Notes: generated by a model from the letters alone, not told the origin. DNA of 64,000 bases from Octopus sinensis (GCF_006345805.1 NC_043009.1:69316001-69380000); one strand, 5' to 3'; counted from the stretch's first letter, positions 24,956 to 37,889 are shown. A program made the numbers and translations.

Positions 24956-25633
24956 TAATATTATTGTTGCTGTTGTTCTTTTTTGAGGTCGGTTTATTGT
25001 CGGAAGTAAAAGACAGGGACTTCACCGCAGGATGTGGCAGGGAGCAAAAAAATCACAGACTTTTCAAAGTTACTTTGTTGCATTTTTAGCCTTGCAGATA
25101 CCGAAAGCCGAAGGTCGGATGAATCGCTTTTGCTAATTACTTTTTTCCTTTTTCAATATTTTGTGGTCCTAGCAGCCACCTCCCTCTCAGTCGCACCTTC
25201 TGCAATGGCTTCCATTATTATAATGGTTATATTTATTTTCTTTGCTATATTTCATCATATGATAATACTCCATATTCTGAAGCACTTGTTATAGACTTGT
25301 AATTAGCATTAAAACACCTTCTTCCCCCCAACCCCAATCAATGTCTTTTCTAACTCCTTAACATCCTTCCCACCACCCTTCATCCTCAAGTGCCATTCTT
25401 GAAAACAAATTTTGTTGCCACTAGTACCAACCACCTTTTTTCTTTTCTTTTTTTCTTCACTCTTTTGCCGTTCTTTAAAATCTTTTTCCTTTCTATATGC
25501 CACAAAGAGTAAATGAATTTAAGCTGTGCAACTTTGCCCCACATGTTCATTAATTCACCACTTGTTCATTAATTATCTTTTTACCTGTGAAATTACATAT
25601 CTTTCTCACTTGCCATTCTGCAAGAATTTTTTC

Positions 25634-25790
25634 ATCATCATCAGACGTCCATTTTCCATGCTGTCATGGGTTGGACAGTTTGACAGGAGCTGGCAGCTCA
25701 GCTGTAGAGTCTGCTTCTGCATGGCTTCTATGGCTAGATGCCTTTCTAACGACAACTACAGTATGTACTGGGTGCTTTTTACATAGCTCC
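25634..25790 (-). mobile_element. RTE-tail SINE-like copy
   Basis: catcatcatc...catgggttggacag...ggatgcc-like reverse-strand motifs. Confidence 0.7.
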
Positions 25791-27236
25791 TGCAGTAGTG
25801 AGGTCACTTGCAATACGAAACCCTTTAACTTAGGGGTGAGTAGTATTGAGGGAGGTGGCTTTGTGCCAGGAGATGAGAGGGAAAAGAAATGGGTATCTTG
25901 CAATAAGTGAGATACGTGGCTACCTGTGTTGGAGGGAGATGAGAAGGTGAAGATGTCTCAGGTGGGGTACGCTCAAATTACTAGCAGACATATATAAGTG
26001 AAGCGGAAGCAAGGATTGGATGGGGTGAGTGAAGTTCACAAGAATGTGGAAGGTGAAGGAGAGCGAATGTAGTGAGTGGACACAAATAGATGGAAGGGGT
26101 GTTGGAAGAAGGGGTTCAACAGAGAGACATTAAGTGCAAGTAGGCTTGCAAGGATGTGAAGGGTGAGTGAGAGAGGGGGAGGGAAATACAACTGAACTTG
26201 AGTGGGGGGGGACGTTTAGGAAGATGGGTAGTTGGGGAGGGGTTTGTCAAGGACAGTATGCAGCAGAATGGACATAAATAACATACCTGTGTGGTCTTGT
26301 TTTACTTAACTGGATAGGTCTTCTCAAGCACACCAAATCGCCAATCAACTTGACCCTTTGTCAAGCTCCTCTGTGACACTCAACATCTGAGGATCAGTTT
26401 TTACCACTTCATTCAATGTTTCCCTGGGTCTTCCTCTTCCCACCACATTTTGAGATCTGCACTTCTTTATGCAGCTGTCTTCATATGCATCACATGACCG
26501 CATCAGTGCACTCTTCTCTCTTGCACACTACATTCGATGTGTCTTCTAACCAAATTACAGGAATGAAGAGAAAACCAAGAATTTATTAAGGTTTACTTCA
26601 TTTCACCAGTTTAAGTTTGCCATGAATTTTGTCCACTAAAGCCAAGAATAATAAAGAGACACATTTTATGATATGTTTCTCTACTCTGGCATATAAGAGC
26701 ATAGGGATACACTGGAAGAGTTCACTTGTTAGGGGTCAAGGTTCACTTCTACAGTTTATCTTTATAGAAATGAAGTGAATTTCCACAATTTAATTATCCT
26801 CTAAGTCTTGTACTGTTTTTCTTATTTCAGGATCCTTACTGAAGCTGGCATAAAAAAAAAAAGCGTTTTGATATCAGAAGCATCATCACTATTCACTATC
26901 TTTTCAAAACTCAAGGACGATGTTATGCAGAACAAATATAACCATGTTTATATAAGTCTTTGGAATTACGGTGAAAGGTTTCTACTGGCTGAGATTATTT
27001 GCAACATCTCTGTAATTCACTGTCTGGAATGAGTACAAAATACTTTTGCATTGTGAAAAGATAAATCTATAAAGGATTTTGTAGAATAGAGTAGAGTTGA
27101 TGGACCTACAGCAGAAGGGATATTTGTTAGAAATAAATTGCAGAAAAGGAAAGCAAGAAGCCTATTCATATGTTGTGGTGAAAGAAGGAAAATTGTTGTT
27201 CAGTTGTTTAAAATATTAATTCTTTATCCTGAAGAG

Positions 27237-28532
27237 ATGGCAAAAGATGTAACAAAATTCTCATATGAGTGTGATATCTGTAACAAGTCATTCAGTAAAC
27301 AATGTCAGCTCACCACTCATATACGTATTCATACAGGAGAGAAACTGCATTACTGTGAATTCTGTGGTAAAGCGTACATTCGAAATGATGAGTTGACTAT
27401 TCACAAGCGTATCCATACAGGAGAGAGACCATATCACTGTGATGTCTGTGGCAAGACTTTCTATCGAAGTGGTGAGTTAACTATTCATGTACGTGTTCAT
27501 ACAGGAGAGAAGCCATATCAGTGTGATATCTGTGGCAAATCCTTCACTCGTACAGATATTTTAACCACACACAAACGTATTCACACAGGAGAGAAACCGT
27601 ATCAGTGTGATATGTGCAGTAAATCATTCCCCAATAGTACAAACCTAACTGATCACAAACGCATTCATACTGGAGAAAGACCATACCATTGTGATATCTG
27701 CGGTAAATCATTCAATCAAAGTAATCAGTTAATTAAACACAAACGTATTCATACAGGAGAAAAGCCTTATCAATGTGATATCTGTGACAAATCATTCTCT
27801 CGAAATGATGAGTTAACTGCTCACAAATATATTCATACAGGAGAAAAACCTTATCAGTGTGATATCTGTGGTAGATCATTCCTTCAAAATAGTGCCTTGA
27901 CTGGACACAAGCGTATTCATACAGGAGAAAAGCGATTTATTTGTGATGTTTGTGGTAAAGCATTTCCTCGAAGTAATAACTTAACTGCTCACAAACGTAT
28001 TCATACCAAAGAAAAACCATTTCATTGTGATGTGTGTGGTAAATCCTTTTCACACAGTAATTCCTTAACTGATCACACTCGTATTCATACTGGAGAGAGA
28101 CCATATCACTGTGATGTCTGTGGTAAATCATTCCCTCGGAGTAATTCTTTGAGTGATCATAAGCGCATTCATACTGGAGAAAAACCGTATCATTGTGATA
28201 TTTGTGGTAAAGCATTTATTCGGAGTAATGAGTTAAAGGTCCATAAACGTATTCATACAGGAGAAACGCCATATCATTGTGATGTCTGTGGTAAATCATT
28301 CTCTCAAAATAATTCCTTGACTAATCACAAACGCATTCATACTGGAGAGAAACCATATGATTGTGATATCTGTGGTAAATCCTTCTCTAGAAATAATTCC
28401 TTGGCTGATCACAAACGCATTCACACTGGGGAAAAACCATATCAGTGTAATGTCTGTGGTAAATCTTTCTCTCAGCATGCTGCTGTAGCTGTACATAAAC
28501 GTGTTCATGCCAGAGAAAAGCCACAGCATTGA
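27237..28532 (+). CDS. Tandem C2H2 zinc-finger protein C (15 fingers); likely start is ATG 27237, not TTG 27138
   Basis: MAKDVTKFSYE aligns with the MAKxLxKSSxE start of the paralogues; 15 canonical fingers. Confidence 0.95.
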   Translation: MAKDVTKFSYECDICNKSFSKQCQLTTHIRIHTGEKLHYCEFCGKAYIRNDELTIHKRIHTGERPYHCDVCGKTFYRSGELTIHVRVHTGEKPYQCDICGKSFTRTDILTTHKRIHTGEKPYQCDMCSKSFPNSTNLTDHKRIHTGERPYHCDICGKSFNQSNQLIKHKRIHTGEKPYQCDICDKSFSRNDELTAHKYIHTGEKPYQCDICGRSFLQNSALTGHKRIHTGEKRFICDVCGKAFPRSNNLTAHKRIHTKEKPFHCDVCGKSFSHSNSLTDHTRIHTGERPYHCDVCGKSFPRSNSLSDHKRIHTGEKPYHCDICGKAFIRSNELKVHKRIHTGETPYHCDVCGKSFSQNNSLTNHKRIHTGEKPYDCDICGKSFSRNNSLADHKRIHTGEKPYQCNVCGKSFSQHAAVAVHKRVHAREKPQH

Positions 28533-28682
28533 TGTATCTGTAGTAAATTATTTCCTTACTGTATAATCTGTTAACTAAACACAAAGGTATTCACATGGGT
28601 GGAGAAAAATGATCTTACTGTAATGTCTGGTAAATTTTTCTGTCAAACTGATTTAGCTATTCACATCTGTAAGCTCACATGA
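28533..28682 (+). pseudogene. Two decayed terminal fingers after the ZNF-C stop codon
   Basis: Frameshifted ...NLLTKHKGIHMGGEK...CNV...DLAIHICK, matching the last two fingers of ZNF-D (YSNLLTKHKCIHMAEN...DLANHVC). Confidence 0.7.
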
Positions 28683-29109
28683 GAGAAAGAACTTCATTCT
28701 GATATTTGTGACTGTGATGGGTGGGAGACTAAAAAATCTCTTAATTGTTTGCATTGATAAACAATTGTGGCCCTAAATAATAAGGAAAAGAAACAAATAA
28801 AGTACAGTATTTCCTTATACTATTAAGCTGATGAATAAATTTGTTCCTTTCTTTCCCGTATCCTTTCAATTAACATGAAAAATATTCTTATCATAATGTT
28901 TTCTTGTTTATTTGTAGCTCTTTTCTTCCTGTACAATTTTCGTTTATTATTTTCCAAGTTTGAACAAAATTCTATCTCATTTCAGATGATGAGGGAATGC
29001 CAGTTCCATCATCTTAATTGGTATTCCATCATATGATGAGGAAATGCTAATTAGAAAGAAAAAACCCCAAATGTTTTTAATATCTACTTTTATTTGCATT
29101 CAATTAAGA

Positions 29110-29610
29110 CTCCGAAGCTGATGCAGAGCCGTTTGAGACATTTGTGCTGTGTACTGGAAAGACACCATTACTGAAAGAACTTCACAGAAATAGTTTCCAG
29201 CCTTCAAAGAGGGGGAAATCCAACCACAAAAGCCATTTGTGTTCTGGCCGACATATTTAATTCAAATGAGAATTGATTGAATGAGTTCATCCTTGAGGAT
29301 CCGTGCCAATCCACGAGGGGATTGACCAAGCTGATGGGATGGTCTCCTGATACTGTTGTCTGTCACCTCTTGATGGGTAAGGTGGCTTGGTGCATGAATG
29401 CCATGCGTACTGTGAACAAAAGAGGCAAACTCCAGTGCTCCTTTCTCACTGCCAGGTTGCTCATGAACACAGACTGGAATTTCTTTACTGCATTGTCACC
29501 AGCAATGAAAAGGGGTGTGTTTACATCGATATGATGCAGAGGAAAAACAATGACTGAATCCTGACACGGTCTGGGTCAGCAAGGCAATCCAGCTAAAACG
29601 ACCTGACTGG
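29110..29610 (+). mobile_element. Mariner transposase remnant
   Basis: KDTITERTSQK*F, NEFILEDPCQSTR...CHLLMGKV and a CIVTSNEK-like (IVTGDEKW) region resemble the mariner HTH and catalytic N-terminal part. Confidence 0.65.
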
Positions 29611-29777
29611 CATCATGGCATATTTCTCCAACACAACATTGCTTACTCCCAAATATCTAATTTGCTGAAAAATGCTATTCAGGTCCTTGGATGCGAAATC
29701 CTGCACTCACCATATTCTGATATAGCTCTTTTAGATTAACATCCTTATCGGTAGTTCAGCAGACTGCATGGCATTTG

Positions 29778-29850
29778 TGGGAATTAGCTCAGATGGTAGA
29801 GCACTCACTCAGCATGCAAGAAGTACCAGGTTCAATGCTCAGGTTCTCTA
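29778..29850 (+). pseudogene. tRNA-Ala(AGC) pseudogene
   Basis: TGGGAATTAGCTCAGATGGTAGAGCACTCACTCAGCATGCAAGAAGTACCAGGTTCAATGCTCAGGTTCTCTA is colinear with metazoan tRNA-Ala(AGC), but the anticodon and T stems carry mismatches. Confidence 0.8.
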
Positions 29851-29929
29851 TGTGTTTTTGATATTTGATTTTTGGTAATGTCAACGTGCATATATGACAA
29901 ATGTAAGTGATTTGGGAGAAAAACTGGTT

Positions 29930-30170
29930 ATACAAGGCATCGGATGTTGTGTGCAAGAGAAGAATGCACTGGTATGGTCATGTAATGCGTACGAATGAAG
30001 ACAGTTGCATCAAGAGGTACCGATCTCTAATTGTAGAAGAAACATGTGAAAGGAGTAGATCTAGGAAGATGTGGGACTAAGTGGTGAGAAAGGACCTACG
30101 GACATTGGGACTCACTCTGTAAAGTGGTTGATGTTAGGAAGGGTATCCAACCATAGAAACCAAACCAAAA
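29930..30170 (+). mobile_element. Degraded RTE 3' fragment
   Basis: gatgttgtgtgcaagagaagaatgcactggtatggtcatg and ggttgatgttaggaagggtatcc. Confidence 0.65.
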
Positions 30171-30497
30171 CAGACATGGAGCCTGCACCCACCATATTCT
30201 GACATAGCTCTCTTAGATTAACATCCTTTTTGGTACTCCTCCAACAGACCACAAGGTGTTTTGTTCAACAACATGATGATGAAACCCTAGCCTGATTGAA
30301 TTCTTTGAGTCAACAGCCTGTCATTTCTGCCATCAAGGCATTGACAAGTCAGTGGAACATTGGTAAGAAGTCATTAGCAATAAAACAGAACATACTGAAT
30401 TGCTAAACTTATCGGTGAAAAAGTAGGATCAAAAGAGACGGAAAAAAGCAAACGAAGCTGGCCACCCTATGTTGTAGGATATACTTATATCTCACAG

Positions 30498-30705
30498 ATC
30501 ATCATCATCATCTGTTTTCCTGGGTTGGATGGTTCGACTGGGGCCAGGGAAGCCAGAGGCTGCACCAGGCTCCAGTCTGATCTGGCAGTGTTTCTACAGC
30601 TGGATGCCCTTCTTGCTCATACCAACCACTCCGAGAGTGTAGTGGGTGCTTTTTACGTGCCACCGGCACAGGTGCCAGGCGAGGTGGCAACAACCACGAT
30701 TGGTT
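30498..30705 (-). mobile_element. RTE-tail SINE-like copy
   Basis: catcatcatcatc...ggatgccctt...gggtgctttttacgtgccaccggcac. Confidence 0.8.
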
Positions 30706-30751
30706 GGAAATTTGACAATATTATTATTATTATTACTATTATTATATAAAA

Positions 30752-30945
30752 GTGAGCTGGTAGAATCGTTAGTTCGCCAAGCGAAATGCTTAGCGGTATT
30801 TCATCTATCTTCATGTGCTTAGTTCAAATGCTGCCAGGGTTGATAAATTAAGTACCAGTTATGCACTAGAGTCGATATAATTGACTTAATCCCTCCCCCA
30901 AATTTGAGGCCTTGTGCTTCCAGTAGAAAGGATTCTTATTATTCT
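30752..30945 (+). mobile_element. tRNA-derived SINE
   Basis: gagctggtagaatcgttag...gttcaaatg...taagtaccagtt...ggccttgtgcttccagtagaaagg. Confidence 0.75.
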
Positions 30946-31149
30946 ATATATATCCAACCCATGCTAGCATGGAAAACGGACGCTAAACGATGATGATGAT
31001 GATGAGAACCAGTGGCTTGAGGGAGGTTTTTTTGGTTTGGGAGACAATCTGTCATGGAAAATTGTGATGTAGGAAAGAAGTGCATTGGCATGGAGGATGG
31101 TTCATTTGTTGGTGAATCCGCAAAGAAAGGCTTGGAAGTGCCTCTATTA

Positions 31150-31680
31150 AAGGCTGCTAAATGTAGAGAATGGATGGGTGAAGAAGAGTCTGCTTAGTGT
31201 GGATCCAACAGAGGGAGTAGCTTGGGAGATAGAAGATAGGAAGAGCCATAGACCCATCAGGAATCACTGCTGAGGTGCTTAAAATATCTGGTGGATTGGA
31301 GTACGGTCTGGTCACCTGTATAGTTAATCGGGTCCTCCATAAGGGAGTTATAGCCAATGACTGGTGTAGCAGCATTATAGTCAGCTATAATGTTAAAAGT
31401 GACGCCTTAACCGGATATAATTATAGAGGTATCAAATTGCTGAACCAGGTGATGAAAGTAAGAAAGCAGGTCGTCGCTCAGCTAATTAGGAAGAGGGTCT
31501 TGATGAGAGACGGTTTGGTTTTCTGCCAGGGAGAAGCACTGCTGATGCTGCATTCCTGGAAAGGCAGCTACAGAAGTACTTAGCCAAGAATAAACCTTTA
31601 TATTTGATTTTTGTTGACCTGAAGAAAACCTTTGACAGGACCCCACTTCCTTATATATGGAGACATACAGAGTGTCCATA
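31150..31680 (+). mobile_element. Degraded RTE RT fragment
   Basis: ORF 31275-31583 (GVIANDWCSSIIV...NYRGIKLLNQVMK). Confidence 0.8.
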
Positions 31681-31769
31681 AATCATGAGTACACTTTGAA
31701 TGACATGAAGTAAATGATAAGTAATGATAACAACTGGATAACTCAGCAGAGTTAATTAGAAATATCCAA

Positions 31770-32520
31770 ACATTTCCATGTAGCCCCCTTTGGTTGCATG
31801 CAAAACATCTAGACGATTCCTGCTTTCTGACCATGTGCACCGGAGCATCGCTCCATCAATGATGCATGTAGCTTGGTGTGTTTGTTTTCTTTTGAGGTCT
31901 TCAACATTATTTATGATAGACTCTGTATTTATAATGGCCCCATAAGAAAATGTCTTGAAGGATTATATCTGGTGACCTATGTGGCCAGTGTCCTGGACTG
32001 CGTCTGGGACACTCAACCGACAGTGGGGCAGTGCACCATGTTTTTGGAAAGTAACTGTTGGTTGCATTTGGTGCAACTGTAGCTCAATGAATTCTTGTAA
32101 AAGATCAAAGTAAGTGTTGGAATTAATTGTTTCTTCTACAAAGAAGAATGGGCCAATTTCTCAATGAAACACGAGGCTGCATCAGGCATTGATTTTTGGA
32201 TTGTTTCTCTCCAGTTCTCTTCAGATCCTGCTGTTGGTCGCTTTTGTCATTCCTGGCACAACAAGTTGTTTCATCACCGAAACAAAATCTTTTCAAAGAA
32301 GCTTTCCTCTTCATGATATAGAACTGAACATGTCCACCACAAATTGTTTTCTTTGGTCTGATATGCTTGCAAAAGTTGCATTTTATAAGCATAGAATCAC
32401 GGTTTACTGTGCAAAACTTCATGAATTGTTGACTGTGGTAGACTTCACTGTTTACTTGCAGTATGGATAATCTATGGATACCAAGCATATCTGGATTGTA
32501 TGTACAGTTTTTATGTTTTG
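31770..32520 (-). mobile_element. Tc1/mariner-superfamily transposase remnant
   Basis: Alternative frames give AYKMQLLQA, FFEKILF..DE, a QxDGAP-like site and RLDVLHATKGG; homologous copy at 41860-42190 in the opposite orientation. Confidence 0.65.
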
Positions 32521-33660
32521 TGCATTCTTTCCACAAATTCTTTGAAACATATCCACTTGTGCAGACTTGCTTTGTTTCTTTCCAGCCTTACCAAATTCTC
32601 TACATTCGAGGCCCATACCTCACTACCATGCAGGATTGCACTTCCAACACAAGCATCATAAGACCAACCATTCACCATTAGTAAAAAAGATCTCTGTAGT
32701 TAATAGTGGCAATAGCTCTGAACTTTCCCCAACTAGTACTTACCCTAGCACCTCTCTTGCTAGTTACATCTCCAAGGTAACAAAAACTATCGACTACTTT
32801 TAATGAGCCATAAAGACATTTGAGAGACTCAGCTTCCGATGTGCTCCTCACATGTACTGCTCCACTGCAGCCACTTTCAATTGGGTTGGCTTGCATTTAG
32901 GAAATTACAGAACAGCGGACAATAGCATAGTAATCTCTTTGGAACTCTCATTTACCGTTATTTGTTTGCTGCATTGGATCTGGCGGTGTCAGAGCAGTAG
33001 ACTCTCATCTCTCTGGAGCTTATGAAATAAAGTACCAGTGAAGTGCTAGAATCAGCACTTGTGTCTAAATCTCTCCTCCCAGATTGCTGCCCTTACGTTT
33101 AACTTAGAAACAGTTAGTCACTAGCCCCAGCTCAGTCCAGCTGAGCAGACATAGGTTCAAGATATTCTGTTGTGAGCAATTTAGTCGTTACCTCTGGGGA
33201 ACTTGTTAAATTTTCTCCAATCAGTTGATGTTTTTCACATTTTTATAAAATTCTTTTTTTAAAAAAATCAATCTAGTCTTCGCATTCTGGTGATGGAAAT
33301 CGTATTCATCTTTTCCTTCTCGAACTTAATAAAGAAGTCACAAACATATACAGTTCTGTAATGTAGGCCAATCAAAGACATTTATTGCCAACGTACTTTA
33401 GGTGAGACCTGTCTGTTGTCATGGAAATCGGCAAAGACAAGAAAGATGAAACCTTTACGTGGTCTCTAAGCCTGCTAGAAATAGCAGTCAAATCTCCCTT
33501 AAACTACACCGGGTTGAAGTGGGGGCATTGTTATTCTTTTTCTCGTTCATAATGAGAGTGCAAATTCGTACACATTGAATGCACAGTGACACTAAATATG
33601 TTTATTATATGTAATAAACATTAAAGGGTAGGGTAAAGACCCCCTTCAGTCATGAATGAT
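32520..33660. repeat. Inverted segmental duplication arm; partner at about 60480-61612
   Basis: ORFs 32567-32803(+) and 61341-61577(-) differ by one residue; the sequences stay colinear for about 1.1 kb. Confidence 0.9.
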
Positions 33661-34504
33661 CTTGGGCTTGCTCTTAGAAAGATCGCATCCAAGACAAGTA
33701 TGGGCAGCGAAATTTTTTTTTCCCTACGAGAGTTCCAGAGCCCTGTAATGAATTCATTTGCATGCAGTCAATCAGAGCTCGTCTTGACCTCGTCAAATTA
33801 ACAAACACATTTTACCAAGTAAACTCAAGACAAAGAACAGTGTTGTAAGTCGACCAAGGATCTAGTCTTTTTCACTCATAAAATCAGCCCCCTTTAATTT
33901 GGCTCAGATTGCTTTCAATTTTGGTCTATCGATGCAACTCTGAATTTTGATTACGATTAACCAGTTACTTTATCTATTAGAATTTGATGTTATTTGGAAT
34001 TAAAGTTGGGAAATTTGGGTGATTTTAGCCCCAATCAACAGATAGGTGGCATCAGTAGCTTGTTACCATGACAACACATTAACCACCCCAGTGTTTAAAA
34101 GACCTAAAACGTTACGGGTCCAAAGTTAGCTTTTTTGTTGTTGATGTGTATGTAGTTTCAAAAAACCCCTTATTTTGCAATTGTGAGATTTATTGCTAAT
34201 TGTCATGATTTTTATCTTACTGTAATCAACAACAAACACATTTTGTCAATATAAAAGTCTTTATTAGATAAAAAAAAATACTATTAGGTGTCCACCAAGG
34301 TTCACTCCTCAGCCCCTTCCTATGTTAAATATAAAAGAATTCTAGCTATTACTCTATTATCAATTCACATACGGTTAGGATTGGTTTTTCCAACACAAGA
34401 AATCTCTTACAAATTATCTCTTCACATAATAACAAACTGTTAAATATTAATACATTTACTAAAACTAACATTAATTTAGCTAATACCATCAATCCCTCTA
34501 GAAA

Positions 34505-36408
34505 TACTTATTAGGGAGAGAGTCAGTTTGGATGAGATGCAGTTTGGTTTCATGCCAGGGAAAAGCACCACTGATGCTATATTCCTGGTAAGACAGCTGC
34601 AGGAGAAATACCTAGCCAAAGATAAGCCCCTGTACCTGGCTTTCGTTGACATGGAGAAAGCCTTCGACAGGGTCCCCCGATCCCTTATCTGGTGGTCAAT
34701 GAGGAAACTAGGGATAGATGAATGGTTAGTGAGAGCCGTGCAAGCCATGTACAGGGACGCTGCTAGTAAGGTGAGAGTTGGCAACGAGTACAGTGAAGAA
34801 TTCTGGGTAGAGGTAGGGGTCCACCGAGGTGCAGTCCTCAGCCCCCTCCTATTTATCATAGTTCTCCAGACAATAACAGAGGAATTCAAGACAGGATGCC
34901 CCTGGGAGCTCCTCTATGCTGACGACCTTGCTCTAATTGCTGAGTCACTCTCAGAACTAGAGAAGTTTCAAGTATGGAAACAAGGATTAGAATCGAAGGG
35001 CCTTAGAGTCAACCTAGCGAAAACCAATGTCCTAATAAGTAGGAAGGCAGGCAAACCACAAATCCCTTCAGGTAGATGGCCCTGCACAATCTGTAGAAAA
35101 GGCGGAGGTAGAAACTCTATAAGATGTACCCAGTGTAAGCTATGGACACATAAGAGTTGCAGCAACGTCAAAGAAAGGCTAACTAGGAAGATAGTTTTTG
35201 TATGTGGCAGATCCTCGGGAGCAATAAACACTGAAAATGTGCAGAGAACAACTTCCACCACATTCCAGGGAGAAAAACTAGAAATAGTTAATAGCTTCTG
35301 TTACCTAGGTGACCAAGTCAGTAGCAGGGGAGGGTGCACTGAAAGTGTAGCTGGTAGAATAAGAATAGCCTGGGCTAAGTTCAGAGAGTTCTTACCTCTG
35401 CTGGAGACAAAGGGCCTTCACTCAGAGTAAAAGGTAGACTGTATGACGCATGTGTACAAACAGCCATGCTACATGGCAGTGAAACATGGGCCGTGACTGC
35501 TGAGGACATGCGTAAGCTTGCAAGGAATGAGCCAGCATGCTCCGATGGATGTGTAATGGATTGGACCTAAGAAGCATCAGTTGTGGTGTGCAAGAGAGAC
35601 GACTGTGCTGGTATGGTCATGTGGTGAGAATGGATGTGGATAGCTGTGTGAAAAAGTGCCACACACTAGCAGTTGAGGGAACCTGTGGAAGAGGTGGTGA
35701 AGCATGACCTTCAAACATTGGGCCTCACTGAGGCAATGACTAGTGACTGGGACCTCTGGAAATATGCTGTGCTTGAGAAGACTTGGCAAGCGCAAGTGAG
35801 ATCATAACCTTGTGGCCTATGCTAGGGGTGTAACCAGTCCACTTATGCATGCCTTTCCTTTATTGGACACTAAACTCTGCTTGCAAAGACCTGTTGAGGC
35901 AAGTGAAATCGAAATCAAACTCGGTGACTGGCATCCATTGGTAGTGGAGCGCTAAGAGTACCATACGAGTGTGATCGTTGCCAAAGCAACAAGCTGGCCT
36001 TTGTGCCGATGGCATGTTAAAAACACCATGATCGTTACCTTTGTCACCTTACTAGCACATGTGCTGGTGGCACATGAAAAAACATTCGAGCGAGGTTGTT
36101 GCCAGTGCCACTGGTATCAACCATTTGAGCATAGTTGATACCAGTGCTGGTCCCATGCCGATGGCACATAAAAAGCACCATTTAAGCGTGGGCGTTGCCA
36201 GTACCGCCTGACTGTCCCTCGTGCCGGTGGCACGTAAAAGCACCTACTATACTCTCAGAGTGGTTGGCATTAGGAAGGGCATCCAGCTGTAGAAACTCTG
36301 CCAGATCAGACTGGAGTTTGGTGCAGCCATCTGGTTCGCCAGACCTCAGTCAAAATCGTCCAACCCATGCTAGCATGGAAAGCGGACGTTAAACGATGAT
36401 GATGATGA
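34505..36408 (+). mobile_element. 5'-truncated RTE LINE with RT, PHD-like insert, 3' UTR repeat array and (GAT)n tail
   Basis: ORF 34528-35430 (QFGFMPGKSTTDAIF, AFVDMEKAFDRV, LLYADDL); frameshifted C-terminus; tail ends at about 36408. Confidence 0.92.
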
Positions 36409-36489
36409 TATATATATATACACACATATATTTAATCTCTCTCTAGTTTCAAATAAAATAGAATAGACCCTTAAATTATAACTAATAAT

Positions 36490-36712
36490 TTAGGTTGAAT
36501 ATTGATTTCAAATTTTGCCTCAAGGCCAGCAATTTGGAGACAGGGAGTGCAAGTCGATTACATCGACCCCAGAGTTCAACGAGTACTTATTTTATCAACC
36601 CCGAAAGGAAGTAAAGCAAAACTGACCACAGTGGAATTTGAACTCAGAATATAAAGACAGAGGAAACACTGCCAAGCATTTTGCCCAGCGTGCTAATGAT
36701 TCTGCCAACTCC
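36490..36712 (-). mobile_element. tRNA-derived SINE
   Basis: Reverse complement of the family body (ggaatttgaactcagaa; gctaatgattctgcca). Confidence 0.75.
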
Positions 36713-37254
36713 CTACTTTATTTAGATAAATATTACAAATAATTTTCATCTTATAGGATCATGTATAGTTGTGAGGGTGAGGGTTTAGCTTTGCCACTAC
36801 ACGGTTGCAGCCACGGGTTCCTTTCTCCTACCAGAATTGGAGACCCAGAAAAAATTGATAAGTGCCGCCCCTTTTTCTTCTAACAAACAAAATTTAAAAC
36901 TTCAGACTTACTTTGTTCAAATCTTCTTGTAAGACACATTTGTCGAGAGCCAAATCTTTCAATTTGTCACTGGGTATTCCAATAGTTGTCTGGTCAACTG
37001 CTTGACCAGCATATTGTCATATTTATATGAGGAAAATATTTTGTGATTTTAATTGCATTACTGAAATTAGAGAAGAAAAAAAAACAAAAATTAAATGAAA
37101 TTCGAAAAATTAACACTGATTTCTTACAAAGGTACAAAGTTACAAATTTGGTGGGAAAAGAACAATCAAGTACATGACCTCCCCACCCCCTACCCTCATT
37201 TGGCTGGTATTTTATTAACTTTGGAAGGATGAAAGGTAACTTTAATTGCAGAGG

Positions 37255-37790
37255 AATTGGGAAGACCTGTTGAGTCAAGTGAAATCATTGTTGTGGCTGA
37301 TGCCAGTGCCACCTGACTGGCTCCCCTGCTGGTGACACATGAAAAAGCACCCACTACGCTCTTGGAGTGGTTGGCATTATGAAGGGCATCCAACTGTAGA
37401 AACCTTGCCAGATTAGATTGGGAGTCTGGTGCAGCCTCCTGGCTTGACAGTCCCCAGTCAAACCATCCAACCCATGCCAGCATGGAAAGCGGACATTAAA
37501 CAATGATGATGATGATGATGATGAACAAGAAGAACCAGAACTAAAGCTTCAAAACATTTTGTCAAATGCTTTTGGGATTTTACCAACCATCATCATCATC
37601 ATCATCATTGTTGTCATTTAACGTCTGCTTTCCATGCTGGCATGGGTTGGACGATTTGACTGAGGTCTGGAAAACCAGGCTCCAATCTTGATCTGGCATT
37701 GTTTCTACAGCTGGATGCCCTTCCTAATGCCAACCACTCCGCATTGACTATGCTTGAATGATGCATTTTACGTACCACTAGCACGGGAGC
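37255..37790. mobile_element. Two RTE-tail SINE-like copies, tail to tail (37255-37523 +; 37587-37790 -)
   Basis: (GAT)n tail at about 37503-37523 and (CAT)n at about 37589-37607, with mirrored bodies. Confidence 0.8.
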
Positions 37791-37889
37791 CATACAATGG
37801 GCTTCTTTTCAGTTTCCATCCACCAAATCCATTAACAAATCCCCAATATATCATCATAATTCCATTCTGTGGATGCAACATAGCCTAAT

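Noticed and set aside
27138-27236. 33-aa N-terminal extension of ZNF-C
   Set aside because: Starts at TTG; the homologous leader has stops in the paralogues; ATG 27237 aligns with their starts.
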